Source: Candidatus Latescibacterota bacterium | GTDB lineage: Bacteria > Latescibacterota > UBA2968 > UBA8231 | DNA: 64,000 bases | Assembly: GCA_965203175.1 (NCBI GenBank) | Contig: OZ241867.1 | Span: forward strand, 384,001 to 448,000 | Direction: 5' to 3' | In this document: positions 48,336-58,880 of the stretch, one piece after another | How positions within the stretch are numbered: position 1 is the first letter of the stretch | Layout of the letters: each line of letters starts with the position of its first letter | Position numbers and translations under genes: made by a program | Notes under the pieces: generated by a model | Told to the model about the DNA's origin: nothing | Databases searched by the model: none | What the model saw: only the letters and a program-made list of their open reading frames with translations

Positions 48336-49613
48336 ATGAATATGTCCGAAAAACTGCCCCTTGCCATCGTCGGTTGCGGCGGCATGGGCCACCGCCATCT
48401 CTACGGTCTCGCCGAGTTGCAAAACGCCGGCCTGTCGCCCTTTGAACTGGTAGGTGCCTGCGACCCCAATCTCGACAACGCCCACTCGCTCGCCGACCAA
48501 GCCGAGGAGCGGCTGGGCACGCGCCCTCAACCGGTCAAAGATCTCGCCGAACTAGCTTCCGTCGCTCCTGTCCAAGCCGTCGATATCACCACCCTACCGG
48601 CCCATCACCACACCGTGGCCATCGAGGCCATGGAGCGCGGCTGGCACGCCATGTGCGAAAAACCTATGGGGCTTACGGCCCGCGCCTGCAAACAAATGAT
48701 CGCCAAGGCCCAAGAGACTGGGTGCGTCCTCTCAGTGGCTGAAAATTACCGCCGCGACCCAGTAAATCGCCTCGCCAAGGCCCTGATCGACGCCGGTGTC
48801 ATTGGGCGTCCGCGCCTGATGCAGCAAATTGCCATAGGCGGCGGCGACGGCATGCTCATTTCAGTGTGGCGGCACCAGAAAAACGCCAGCGGCGTCCTCC
48901 TCGACGTGGGCGTTCACTTTGCCGACATCATGGAGTACTTCCTCGGCGAGGCCGACACGGCTTACGCTCAGACGCGCCTGCACGAACCAATCCGCAAAAA
49001 CCCCGTCGCCGGCCGCGCAGACGCCAGCAGCGGCTCGCCAGGCGGGGTGTACGAACGCTGGCAAAAAGACATGCCAGCCGAGTTCGAGGCCACCGCGGAC
49101 GACGCGGCCTACGCCACCATCCTCTTCAAAAGCGGCGCAGTCGCCCAATACATCGAAGACCACGCAGCCCACGGCCAAAACCAGCGGCAGCGCTCTATCC
49201 ACGGCAGCCTCGGCTCGCTGGACTTGCCCGGCGACCGCTCGGGCAACCGCCTCACACTCCACCTCGACGGCGCAGACCCCATAGACGACCAAGCCCTGCT
49301 CGACCTCGTGCCCGATCACCGCCTCGACGAAGTTACGACCGCGCTCTTTGGCGGCGACCGGCTTTTCGAGTACCACTGTCCCTTTCCCGAGACCGACCGC
49401 AAGCTAATCGCCGTCGAATACCACGAACTCGGCACCTGCATCCAACAGGGGCAACAGCCCGAAGTCGATGCCCGGCAAGGCGCTCGCTCTGTGGGCCTGT
49501 CCTACAGCCTGCTGGAGTCGCAAGTCGCCGGCCGCGCGCTTTCGGTCGATGCGGTCTGCGACGACCAGATCAACGCCTACCAAGCCGAGATCAACGAGCA
49601 TCTGGGAATCTAA
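48336..49613 (+). CDS. Gfo/Idh/MocA family oxidoreductase
   Basis: VGCGGMG, CEKPM, DVGVH. Confidence 0.88.
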   Translation: MNMSEKLPLAIVGCGGMGHRHLYGLAELQNAGLSPFELVGACDPNLDNAHSLADQAEERLGTRPQPVKDLAELASVAPVQAVDITTLPAHHHTVAIEAMERGWHAMCEKPMGLTARACKQMIAKAQETGCVLSVAENYRRDPVNRLAKALIDAGVIGRPRLMQQIAIGGGDGMLISVWRHQKNASGVLLDVGVHFADIMEYFLGEADTAYAQTRLHEPIRKNPVAGRADASSGSPGGVYERWQKDMPAEFEATADDAAYATILFKSGAVAQYIEDHAAHGQNQRQRSIHGSLGSLDLPGDRSGNRLTLHLDGADPIDDQALLDLVPDHRLDEVTTALFGGDRLFEYHCPFPETDRKLIAVEYHELGTCIQQGQQPEVDARQGARSVGLSYSLLESQVAGRALSVDAVCDDQINAYQAEINEHLGI

Positions 49614-49616
49614 ACT

Positions 49617-50417
49617 ATGGCCGCTATCCTCTGCCCTCGCTGCCACAAGATCGTCAGTTCCGACGCCGAAACCTGCCCCCATTGCGGCCAGCGCAAACCC
49701 GGACTGTGGGGCGCGACGGCCACCATCCGCAAGCTCGGCCTACAGCTAAATTTCCCGCACTTAATCACCGTGTTCTGCGGCGTGCTCTACCTGCTCGCGT
49801 TGGCTCTGGAGCCATCGGCGATTTTTCAGACGCACAGCTTGATGCACATTCTCTCACCCAGTAACCTAGCCAGCTTCAAACTCGGCGCCTCCGGCACCGT
49901 GCCCATCTTCACTTATGAATTCTGGTGGACGCCGATCACCGCCATCTACCTACACGGCAGCCTGCTGCACATCTTCTTCAACATGATGTGGGTGCGCCAA
50001 CTTGGTCCGGTTGTAGAAGAACTCTTCGGCCCCTTCCGCCTCTTTGCGATCTTCACGATCGCCGGCTTCACCGGTTTCCTAGCCTCGACCCTAGCGGGCC
50101 ACGAACTCACGCTAGGTGCCTCCGGCTCGATCTTCGGCCTCTTGGCCGCAGCCATCGCCTACGGTCGGCGCGCCGGTTCCCAGCTCTTTACCCGGCAGTT
50201 TCTCCAGTGGGCGGTCTTGCTTTTCATCATGGGATTTGTGATGCCTGGCGTCGATAACTGGGCGCATGGCGGCGGCTTCGTCGGTGGCTATGCAGCGGCG
50301 TATGTCTTCAGCCGCAGTTCGGAGCGCGAGGGCTTGGGAGCTTATCTGGCCGGTGGTTTGTGCCTGCTGGCCACGGTCGGCGCATTCTTCTTGCAGTTCA
50401 TCGCCGTGTTTCTCTAG
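49617..50417 (+). CDS. Rhomboid intramembrane protease with N-terminal Zn ribbon
   Basis: CPRC/CPHC, HIFFNM, GASG, AHGGG. Confidence 0.9.
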   Translation: MAAILCPRCHKIVSSDAETCPHCGQRKPGLWGATATIRKLGLQLNFPHLITVFCGVLYLLALALEPSAIFQTHSLMHILSPSNLASFKLGASGTVPIFTYEFWWTPITAIYLHGSLLHIFFNMMWVRQLGPVVEELFGPFRLFAIFTIAGFTGFLASTLAGHELTLGASGSIFGLLAAAIAYGRRAGSQLFTRQFLQWAVLLFIMGFVMPGVDNWAHGGGFVGGYAAAYVFSRSSEREGLGAYLAGGLCLLATVGAFFLQFIAVFL

Positions 50418-50425
50418 CCTGCTTC

Positions 50426-51085
50426 ATGCCCGACGAACTCATCGCGCTCTTCAATGGCCAAGGCCGTCCCATAGGCAGCAAAAGTCGCGCGGCTGCGTAT
50501 GGCGACGGCGACCGCGTCGGCTTGGTCTTCGTCTGGGCGGCTTGGCGCACGTCCTCCGGCGTTGCCCGCACCCTCTTGCAGACCCGCTCGCGCCCCGGCG
50601 ATCCCTATCTCGGCAGCCTCGACGCGCCAGCCGGCGGCCACATCCGGGCCGGAGAAACGCCCACAGTAGCGGCGCACCGCGAATTTGCCGAGGAAGTCGG
50701 CATCGCACTGACACCCGCCGAATTGATCTTCCTCGGACGGCAACCCCTCCAATACACCGGGCGCTCTGCCATGCAGTTTTTCTATCTCTGCACGCGGCCT
50801 ATATCACTGGGGGAAACTGTATTCAACGAAGAAGTAGGGGCTTTCGTCGAAGTCGCCCTCGACGATTTCGATGCCTTGGTTTGCGAACGAACTGCGTCGA
50901 TCAAAGGCCAAACCCGCTACAGGGAAGCACCAAACGAAATGAGGCCACGGGAAATTACGCCCGCAGCCTTTGCCGCCTACTCCGAGCCGATCATGGACGC
51001 CATCCGCCGCTCAGCTAGCGCGGTCCGCATCTATCTCAATACTGAGCAGATCGACGCGACTATCTGGCCGCCTGCGACCGGCTGA
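50426..51085 (+). CDS. NUDIX hydrolase (IDI-like)
   Basis: AGGHIRAGE...AHREFAEEVGI. Confidence 0.8.
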   Translation: MPDELIALFNGQGRPIGSKSRAAAYGDGDRVGLVFVWAAWRTSSGVARTLLQTRSRPGDPYLGSLDAPAGGHIRAGETPTVAAHREFAEEVGIALTPAELIFLGRQPLQYTGRSAMQFFYLCTRPISLGETVFNEEVGAFVEVALDDFDALVCERTASIKGQTRYREAPNEMRPREITPAAFAAYSEPIMDAIRRSASAVRIYLNTEQIDATIWPPATG

Positions 51086-52514
51086 TGTAGCGCTCCAGAT
51101 GCGCCAATGCCCGGCCGCTGTCGATGGCCTCTCGCGCCTCGGCCAATCCCTCTTCAGCATTCGCACTTAGACCCAAATAGTAGTCGGTCAGGCCGGCGTT
51201 GAGTACTATGCGGTCGTAAACAGGCCCCCGTTCGCCCTTGAGTGCCGCCAGCCCCATATCGGCAAAAGTCCGCGCACTCACTTCCGCAGGACGCGGACTT
51301 TGCTCGTAGAAAAAGCCGTATTCCCTCGGATCCACGTCGCAGGCGACTGTCGTCAGTTCACCGCAGACGCGGCGGAATCCCTGCACGTAGTTGATGGCCT
51401 TGCGCCGAGCGTCCGAGGGCTTCCCCAATCGCAACCCGTAGTGGCTGCTCCCTTCCTCACCTTTGATCACTAGCCCCGCGTCCAACCCGCGCGCCTGCAT
51501 CAACCCCAACAGCTTGTCCTCGTAGCCAGCGTGGTAAAATCCCGCGATCATGCCGTTCCAAGCCGAGCCAGCAAACAACTGCTGTGCCTTCTCCGTAGTA
51601 GCCCAAGGCGGGCGTTTGGCAATGTGAGCGCGCAAATGGCGCAACGCATACGCGCGGGGAGCGTACTCGCGCTGACTCGCGTATGCGAACCCAACGGCCG
51701 GGTCTTCGATGCAACGGGCCGCCGTCGCCAGCGACACATCGACTCGCGCACCCAAGGCTGCTAGCACCCCTTCCTCGGTCACTCCGCGCTTGGGCGGCAT
51801 TTCGGCGACGCCGTGTAGCACAGTCGCCCGTCCCAAGGCCGCGCGCACAGCAGCTACGAACAGCGTCGGGCGAAAGAAGCGCGCTGCGCCATCAAAGGGC
51901 TGGCCAAAATGCGTCAGCGCCTCTACTTGCAGCGCGGACACCTGCTCTGAGGGAAGCACGGCGTCGAGATGAGCGCGAACTTCTTCCTCATTTTCGATGT
52001 TCATCCGCTGGCCGATCAAAAACGCAGCCATCAGCGCAGGACGCACTTCGCCCGCTAACATGGCCCCAAGCGCACCGAATACCTCCTCGTAGCACAAGTG
52101 CCCGCCCTGCAAAACCGAGCGCAGCGCTTCAACCACCCCCGCTTCGCCCGCATCGCAACCGGCGAAATCAGGTGCCATCCCCAACAGGAAGCGCAAATCA
52201 TCGGGCATCTCGCTGAGCGCATCCCCATAGCGGTCAAACGCCTCGACCTCGGCCGTGCTCCAACCGGTCTGCGCGCCGAAGGTGCGGCGGATGGACATCG
52301 CCGCGAAAAACGCGCCCATCTGGGCTGGAGAAACTTGCTCTGCGCGGGGTAAAGTCCCCTTGACCGAAGCGAGAATCAGTTCGAGGATCCGCCCAGGATC
52401 TGGATCGCCCTCTTTTTTGCCCAGCGGACGGCTCTGGTGCGGCCCGGTACAGACGCGTGTTTGCACCTCGAGTACTTCCTCATTAGGGCCGGGATAGGGG
52501 TCGGCTTCAGACAC
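51060..52514 (-). CDS. Anthranilate phosphoribosyltransferase-like protein (TrpD/YbiB fold)
   Basis: GAFF, FDG, LHG...PPKRG, KRPP.AT.EK, G.YH, KGEEG, LNAG. Confidence 0.65.
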   Translation of the reverse strand: MSEADPYPGPNEEVLEVQTRVCTGPHQSRPLGKKEGDPDPGRILELILASVKGTLPRAEQVSPAQMGAFFAAMSIRRTFGAQTGWSTAEVEAFDRYGDALSEMPDDLRFLLGMAPDFAGCDAGEAGVVEALRSVLQGGHLCYEEVFGALGAMLAGEVRPALMAAFLIGQRMNIENEEEVRAHLDAVLPSEQVSALQVEALTHFGQPFDGAARFFRPTLFVAAVRAALGRATVLHGVAEMPPKRGVTEEGVLAALGARVDVSLATAARCIEDPAVGFAYASQREYAPRAYALRHLRAHIAKRPPWATTEKAQQLFAGSAWNGMIAGFYHAGYEDKLLGLMQARGLDAGLVIKGEEGSSHYGLRLGKPSDARRKAINYVQGFRRVCGELTTVACDVDPREYGFFYEQSPRPAEVSARTFADMGLAALKGERGPVYDRIVLNAGLTDYYLGLSANAEEGLAEAREAIDSGRALAHLERYISRSQAAR

Positions 52515-52564
52515 GATTTTGCTTTCTTGATGAGCTAATGTTCCACATAGACCCCTGGGGTATA

Positions 52565-52652
52565 AGATGCTTCGCTTCGCTCAGCATGACACTGGGAACC
52601 GAAGTGCCAGCACCTGTCATGCTGAGCGGAGCAAAGCGGAGTCGAAGCATCT
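52565..52652. repeat. REP-like extragenic inverted repeat
   Basis: AGATGCTTCG...CGCTCAGCATGACA and TGTCATGCTGAGCG...CGAAGCATCT form a long hairpin. Confidence 0.8.
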
Positions 52653-52829
52653 CTATGGCTACCAGCTCCTAGCACACTGGCAAGACAATGAATAATGTCA
52701 GTTAAAAAATATACGATCCCCAGCCAATGCGCGCCCGACCTTGGCGCGGAAAATCCAACGGTGCCGATTGCGCGAAATACAGGTTCAACGCAATTTTTAC
52801 ACACCCTTTTCCGCGAGGAGGAATCTCCC

Positions 52830-53237
52830 ATGCGCTATCTATCTTTTCTGTTTCTCATCACAATCGCAGCCTGTGGCTCGTCCGACCAAGCTCCTCCGGC
52901 GCTGCTCCACTACGTCGCGGCCCAAGAAGCCTTGGCCGCCGACGATCTAGACCAAGCACGCCAAGCCCTGCAAGACTTGGTGCAAAGCGCCAACCCAACG
53001 CTCAAGCCGCTGGCGGAAAAAGCCGCAAGCGGTGCCGATCTCGCTGCGGTGCGCGTTGCATTCAAGCCGCTATCCGAACAAGTGCGGAAGGGCCAAATAC
53101 CCGAGGGCTATGTCGTGGCGTACTGCCCAATGGCCGACGGCGACAAAGGGGCGCATTGGGTCCAGAAGGGCCAGGACCAAATCGCCAATCCCTATTTCGG
53201 CGCTTCCATGCTCCGCTGCGGCGAATTCAAGGAGTAG
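52830..53237 (+). CDS. DUF3347-like metal-binding lipoprotein
   Basis: IAAC lipobox, YCPMA, NPYFGASMLRCG; GGAGG RBS. Confidence 0.82.
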   Translation: MRYLSFLFLITIAACGSSDQAPPALLHYVAAQEALAADDLDQARQALQDLVQSANPTLKPLAEKAASGADLAAVRVAFKPLSEQVRKGQIPEGYVVAYCPMADGDKGAHWVQKGQDQIANPYFGASMLRCGEFKE

Positions 53238-53249
53238 CTGCACCCGCAC

Positions 53250-53987
53250 ATGATCCGCGTAGAATCCGCTACCCGCTGCTATGGCTTTTTGACCGCAGTT
53301 GACGAAGTCAGCTTTGCCGTTGACCAAGGCGAGATCGTCGGCTTTGTCGGCCCCAATGGCGCTGGCAAGAGCACCATGCTCAAGATGCTCTCCACCTTTA
53401 TCCACCCCACGGCCGGCACCATCTCCATCGACGGGCTCGACGTGGTGGAGCATCCGCTCGCCGTGCGCCGCCGCATTGGCTACCTGTCGGGCGACACCCC
53501 GCTCTACCAAGAGATGCGCGTCGATAAGTTCCTCCGCTTCATCGCCCGGGCCCGCGGACTCGAAGGCGACGCCCTGCAGCAGGGCCTAGGGCGCGCAGTC
53601 GAACTCTGCGGAATCAAAGACGTGCTCACCCAGCGCGTCAAGGAGTGCTCCACCGGGTTCCGCCAGCGCATCGGCCTTGCTACCGCCATGGTCCACGATC
53701 CGCCGGTCTTGCTCCTCGACGAGCCAACTCACGGTTTCGACCCCTTGCAGGTCCTGGCCTTCCGCGACACCTTACGCGAGCTCAGCCCGGGCCGAGCGAT
53801 CCTCTTTAGCACCCACATCATCGGCGACGTTGAAGCCATTGCCGACCGCGTGTTGATCATCCACCAAGGGCGCTTGCTCGGCGATGGCCGCGTCGAACAG
53901 CTGGCCGCAGACGCTGGCATCCCCGAGGCCGGTCTCGAAGCGGTCTTCGCCCACCTAGTCCGCACCACAACCCCTGCCCATGTCTGA
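53250..53987 (+). CDS. ABC ATPase, GldA-like
   Basis: GPNGAGKS, STGFRQR, LDEPT, STH. Confidence 0.88.
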   Translation: MIRVESATRCYGFLTAVDEVSFAVDQGEIVGFVGPNGAGKSTMLKMLSTFIHPTAGTISIDGLDVVEHPLAVRRRIGYLSGDTPLYQEMRVDKFLRFIARARGLEGDALQQGLGRAVELCGIKDVLTQRVKECSTGFRQRIGLATAMVHDPPVLLLDEPTHGFDPLQVLAFRDTLRELSPGRAILFSTHIIGDVEAIADRVLIIHQGRLLGDGRVEQLAADAGIPEAGLEAVFAHLVRTTTPAHV

Positions 53988-54747
53988 CGCGCAACGCCTG
54001 TCTGCTGCCGAGTGCCTGCGCGGCGCGCGCATCGTCTTCGACCGCGAGCTAGAGGCGTACTTCGACTCGCCCATTGCCTATGCGTACGCCGCAGTCTTCT
54101 TAGTGCTGTCTTGCACCACCTTTATGAATTCCTTTTTCCTCGACGGGGTCGTCGATATGGGGCCGTACTTCACCGCCCTGCCCTTCCTGCTGATCCCTTT
54201 CGTCCCAGCCATAACCATGCGAGCTTGGGCCGAGGAACGCGCCCAGCACACCTTCGAACTGCTGATGACCCTGCCGTTGCACTCCTTGCAGGTCGTACTG
54301 GGCAAGTATCTCGCGGCCCTTTGCTTCTACGCCATCGTCCTCGCTGGTAGCCTGCCCATCGTGCTAATGCTCCTCTTCCTCGGCGGCCCCGACCTCGGGC
54401 GCATCTGTGCGAGCTATCTCGGCGCGCTGCTGTTGGGTGCTTTCTTCCTGTCCTTCGGCCTGTTTGCCTCCGGCCTGACTCGCGACCAGATCGTAGCTTT
54501 TGTGCTCTCAGCGCTCTTCGGCTTTTTCTTCGTGCTCAGCGGGCACGAAAAAGTTGTCGAAGTCCTCGATGGACTAGCGCCAGCTTATCAGGCGGGCACG
54601 TGGCTGTACGAGACCATATCGGTCCTGCCTCACTACGAGGCTTTTGGCCGCGGCGTAATCGCCCTTGCCGACCTGCTGTACTTCGCATTGATGAGCGGCT
54701 TTTTCGTCTCGATGAACTATCTCAGCCTCCAGAGATCCAAGTATTGA
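53980..54747 (+). CDS. ABC permease, GldF-like
   Basis: YFDSPIAY, PAITMR.WAEE, ELLMTLP, GKYLA, DQIVAF. Confidence 0.85.
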   Translation: MSDAQRLSAAECLRGARIVFDRELEAYFDSPIAYAYAAVFLVLSCTTFMNSFFLDGVVDMGPYFTALPFLLIPFVPAITMRAWAEERAQHTFELLMTLPLHSLQVVLGKYLAALCFYAIVLAGSLPIVLMLLFLGGPDLGRICASYLGALLLGAFFLSFGLFASGLTRDQIVAFVLSALFGFFFVLSGHEKVVEVLDGLAPAYQAGTWLYETISVLPHYEAFGRGVIALADLLYFALMSGFFVSMNYLSLQRSKY

Positions 54748-57700
54748 AGCGGCACTTCTTGCTCCAAACTGCGCTGGCTTTCGCGCTGCTGTTGGGCATC
54801 GTCGCGTACGCCGGCCGCCTCCTGAACCTGACGGGAAGTTGGACCCTAGACCTAGCAGGGGACGACATCGCCACGCTCGCGCCGGCGACCAAGCGCTACC
54901 TCCGCTCCTTAGAAACCCCACTCTCCATCACCTATTTTGCCACCGCCCGCGAAAACATGCCAGCGCACCTCAAAGACCTCGAGCCCCAAGTCCGCCGGCT
55001 CCTGTCGGCTCTGCGCGACCAAGCGCCTGGCCGCATCGACTATCGGGTCATCGACCCGGACCAGAGCGGGCGCGCTGGCATCGGCTATGCCGCGAGCAAA
55101 AGGGCCTCCTCCTTCAGCGTGCGGAGGGTGTTGCACGACGAGCATTCCGAGCAAAAAATCTGGTCCTCGCTGGTAATCGCGCGCGCCAACGCGCCCGAAG
55201 TGCTCGTCCAAAGCATCGAGCCAGAGCACCTGCCTTATCTAGAAGAGTACGTCATCGCCCAACTACAGGCCGGACGAGCGCCTCCACAACCGACCTTTGG
55301 CGTCTCAGCACCGCCGCCCTTCCAGCTTTTGGCGGCCTTTCTCAACGAGGCCGGGCCGGTCGTCGAACTAGACCTCAATAGCAATCCCACCATTCCCCCG
55401 GAAATCGACGTGCTGTTCTGGATCCAGCCCGAAGTCGCCACGCCCGAGCACGTGCGGCAGTTGCTCGCCTTCCTAGAATCCGGCCGCAGTGCCGTACTCG
55501 CCGGCAGCACCTACCAGATCGGCTATTCCCCACAGGAGGACGCGATTTCCTATTGGGTACACCACGCGCCGCCTGCTTGGGGACAACTGCTCCAGCCCTT
55601 TGGCATTCGGCCGGTGCCGGACCTGCTCGTCGATAAAAATACCGGGCCGGTCGCACTCGACATGGGCGAAATCGTCGCGCCCTTTCACCTTCGGGTGCTG
55701 CCCGCTTTTTACAACATGAAGAGCTTTGCCGCGCCAGGTCGCGGCGGACTTAACTTTGTCGCCGCTAGCGCACTCGAAGTCGATCCGCAGGCCGTCCAAA
55801 CCAAGGGCTTCCACGCGGAAATCGTCGGCACCACCACCGAAAGCCCTCGCGTCCTGCCCCTGCCCGCAGATCCTTTCACCGACGCTGACTTAACCGGCGG
55901 CTTGCCCGTGCCCAAACAAAATTTGCTGGTCCTGCTCAAGCCGGACGATCCTTGGCAGGGGCAGCTATTTGTCTTGGCCAGCGCGTCGCCTTTCCAAGAC
56001 GGCATCATCAACCAGCCCGGCTATGCCCACCGCGTCTTCCTGCAAAACCTCATCCGCACCTATGGACAACCAGAGCGCGTATTGCGGGGGCGCGTGGAAA
56101 AGGGCGGGCCACAGCGACTGGTCCCGCCCGGCGCACTCGCCCGTTTCTTCTGGCGGTTCTTTGCGGTCTTTTTGGTGCCGCTGGCGTTTGTGGGTCTCGG
56201 CGTTAGGCACTACCTCCGCTACAGCCGCCCGAACTGGCCGACCGGCCGTTGGGGCCGCCAACTCGGCTTCGCTTGCTTGGTGCTCCTCGTTGGTGCGCTC
56301 ATCTGGCGCGGCCGCGGCCCCTATCTCGACCTGACAGCCGACCAACTCAACACGCCCTCCCCGCTTTTGGGCCGCTTGTTGCAGGGCACGTCCCTATCCG
56401 CCGAGCTGATCGCCACGCACCGGGCCTCCATGCCCCGGCAGCTCAAAGACGCCGAAGACCGCATCCGCACCTTGCTCGCCGACTGCAACATTCCCCTGCG
56501 CGTAATCCGGCCCGACGCGCTGACTCCCGACCAGCAACAGGCGCTCGCCGCCGAGGGACTGACACCCTTCCCAGTCGAAAGAGTCCTTCACGACACGCTC
56601 GCCACCCAATACGTATGGAGTGGCCTGCGCCTACTAAGCGATGAGCGCAGCATTGCCGTGCCGCGACTCGACCAGCGCGTCCTGCGCCACCTCGAATTCC
56701 TCTTGGCCGCAGCCGCCCACAGCCTGCAACAGGGGCGCAAAGTGCGCGTGGCCGTCATCTCCGACTTGCCGCGCCTCTCGCCAGCCGAAGCCCTCGAAGA
56801 CTACCAGAAGAAGGGCCTCATCGCCCCGGGCGGCACCGACGTGTACAGCGACTTGAAAGCCCTGCTCGCCGACTATCTCTACGACATCCACTACATCAAC
56901 CCCCGCACGCCGAGTATGCCCTCAGACGTAGATGTCTTGTTGTGGATGCAACCGCGCCGCGACTCGGGTCCGATCCTGCTGTTGCTGAGCCAGCATCTCG
57001 CGCGAGGGGGCAAGGCCATCGTCGCCATGCAGCACTTCAACATCCAGCAACGCCAGTACCGCGGCTCCGGGTTTCAGACCGTATACTGGCCTCAGCCCCA
57101 ATTCCAAGACCTCGACCGCTACCTCCAACTCTTCGGCGTTGAACAACTCCGCGAGGTACTCTTCGACCGCACCCAGTCCCACCTCGACTTAGAAACCCAA
57201 GTCAACCGCACGGCCGTGCGCGAGTACGACCCGCAAAAGGTCGCCTTGCCTTTCTTAATCCGCGCCGTCGGCCAGCACTACGACCCCACCTCGGCGATCA
57301 CCCGGCACCTCGGCGATCAGCTCTTTATCTGGGGGAATCGCTTTGCCCTGAACCCGGCAGAGCTAAGCAGTGCCGGCATAACGGCCCAAACCCTGATCTC
57401 CACCTCGCCCCAAGCCTGGGCGTACCCATGGCAGGGTGGTTGGCTGCCACCAGAGGTTTTCGCCCCGCAGACGTATCTGCCCGGCCCTCAACCTCTAGCC
57501 GCGCTGCTTACCGGGCCTTTTCCCGAGGTCTCCTTCACTGAAGGCGAAGATGGCCGCGCCACGCTCCAGCGCTTGGGCGAACGTCCGCGACAAACGGGAA
57601 CCCTACTCTTGATCGGCTCTTCGGAAATGTTCAAGAACGAGCATCTGTTGGTCCCGGGCTTTCAGCACGATCAATTCTTGCTCAATGCCGTGGCGTACAA

Positions 57701-57866
57701 TGCTTATGGCGAGGAGCTAGCCACCTTGCAGGCGCGGCAGCCGACTCCGCGCGGCTTCCCCTTCCAGAGCACCGAGGCCAAGCGTCTGTGGCGCGTGTTC
57801 GTGGTGGGTGCGGGACCGTTGCTGTTTTTGGGCTATGCCCTCTATCGCCGCACGAGGCGCACGTGA
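54744..57866 (+). CDS. GldG-like ABC auxiliary protein with two tandem GldG-like modules
   Basis: Two DL...L/TM-thioredoxin-like-IP..DVL.W.QP modules separated by TM helices; TTG start overlaps the upstream stop. Confidence 0.7.
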   Translation: MKRHFLLQTALAFALLLGIVAYAGRLLNLTGSWTLDLAGDDIATLAPATKRYLRSLETPLSITYFATARENMPAHLKDLEPQVRRLLSALRDQAPGRIDYRVIDPDQSGRAGIGYAASKRASSFSVRRVLHDEHSEQKIWSSLVIARANAPEVLVQSIEPEHLPYLEEYVIAQLQAGRAPPQPTFGVSAPPPFQLLAAFLNEAGPVVELDLNSNPTIPPEIDVLFWIQPEVATPEHVRQLLAFLESGRSAVLAGSTYQIGYSPQEDAISYWVHHAPPAWGQLLQPFGIRPVPDLLVDKNTGPVALDMGEIVAPFHLRVLPAFYNMKSFAAPGRGGLNFVAASALEVDPQAVQTKGFHAEIVGTTTESPRVLPLPADPFTDADLTGGLPVPKQNLLVLLKPDDPWQGQLFVLASASPFQDGIINQPGYAHRVFLQNLIRTYGQPERVLRGRVEKGGPQRLVPPGALARFFWRFFAVFLVPLAFVGLGVRHYLRYSRPNWPTGRWGRQLGFACLVLLVGALIWRGRGPYLDLTADQLNTPSPLLGRLLQGTSLSAELIATHRASMPRQLKDAEDRIRTLLADCNIPLRVIRPDALTPDQQQALAAEGLTPFPVERVLHDTLATQYVWSGLRLLSDERSIAVPRLDQRVLRHLEFLLAAAAHSLQQGRKVRVAVISDLPRLSPAEALEDYQKKGLIAPGGTDVYSDLKALLADYLYDIHYINPRTPSMPSDVDVLLWMQPRRDSGPILLLLSQHLARGGKAIVAMQHFNIQQRQYRGSGFQTVYWPQPQFQDLDRYLQLFGVEQLREVLFDRTQSHLDLETQVNRTAVREYDPQKVALPFLIRAVGQHYDPTSAITRHLGDQLFIWGNRFALNPAELSSAGITAQTLISTSPQAWAYPWQGGWLPPEVFAPQTYLPGPQPLAALLTGPFPEVSFTEGEDGRATLQRLGERPRQTGTLLLIGSSEMFKNEHLLVPGFQHDQFLLNAVAYNAYGEELATLQARQPTPRGFPFQSTEAKRLWRVFVVGAGPLLFLGYALYRRTRRT

Positions 57867-58870
57867 TCCGCTTCCTCTGCGCCCTAGGGGCCTTGCTAGT
57901 CCTGCTCGTCCTCGGGGAGAGCGCGCTGCGCGAGCATCAGCGCACGGTGCGCCGCACCGCCGGGGCTTTGCGCCTCCTGGCACCCGAACCGGCCTCAGCA
58001 GTCAATCAAATTGAGGTCCATGTCGCCGGACGCCGTTGGCACTACGTCCGGCGCGGGAACACTTGGTATTTCCCTGCGTACCACCGCGCCTTTGTCCTCA
58101 ACCGCCGCGTCGAACACCTGCTCCAGAGTCTGCTCGCCACCCCGGTGACCTTCGTCTCGACCGAGCCTGGGGACTTGGCCCGCTATGGCCTCGGTCCAGG
58201 TAGTGTCCGCATCCACCTGCTCGACCAACAGGGGCGTCCCTTGCTGGAAGTACGCCAAGGACGTGGAGCACCTGGGGCACGTGCGGGAGAATCGTATGTC
58301 CAGCGCATTGGTGCCGACAGCATCTTCCATCTCCACGCCCATCCCGTCCACGCCCTCGACACCGCACCGCCCGCTCCGATGCTCGACCGCCGCGTCCTGC
58401 CCCAAGCCTTGCAGCGCAAGGGCCTCCGGCGCATCGCCTTCGCCGGCGACCCCTCCTACCCGGTGCAATCCCTCAGCCGTCAACTAAAAGCCATGACGGC
58501 ACCGGGCCCTATGATGCCGACCTATGAGTGGATCGCCTCGTCTGCGACCGGTGTAGAGACCTGCCTCTCCGCGAATGTAGAAGCCTACGCCGACTTCCTC
58601 AAACGCCTGACGTGGTCGGCTTTGCACGATCCGGGCCGCACCGCTGCCTTTGCCCGAGCCCGCTATCTCTATCTCGAAGACGAAGAGGGCACAATAGACA
58701 CCCTCGCCATTGGCGCAGCCGACGACCGCGGCCGCTACCTCCGCCTCCACACCACTGGACACGTCTTCTCCATAATGCCTGAAAAAGCCCAACTCCTCTT
58801 TCCCACTCGCTCCGTCCTTCTCGACACGCTCTCCCAACCCTCGCCCTACCGCCAAGCCGAGCCGTTCTAG
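57863..58870 (+). CDS. DUF4340-like protein
   Basis: N-terminal TM, LARYGL motif, position after the GldG-like gene. Confidence 0.6.
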   Translation: MIRFLCALGALLVLLVLGESALREHQRTVRRTAGALRLLAPEPASAVNQIEVHVAGRRWHYVRRGNTWYFPAYHRAFVLNRRVEHLLQSLLATPVTFVSTEPGDLARYGLGPGSVRIHLLDQQGRPLLEVRQGRGAPGARAGESYVQRIGADSIFHLHAHPVHALDTAPPAPMLDRRVLPQALQRKGLRRIAFAGDPSYPVQSLSRQLKAMTAPGPMMPTYEWIASSATGVETCLSANVEAYADFLKRLTWSALHDPGRTAAFARARYLYLEDEEGTIDTLAIGAADDRGRYLRLHTTGHVFSIMPEKAQLLFPTRSVLLDTLSQPSPYRQAEPF

Positions 58871-58880
58871 GCCACTAGCC

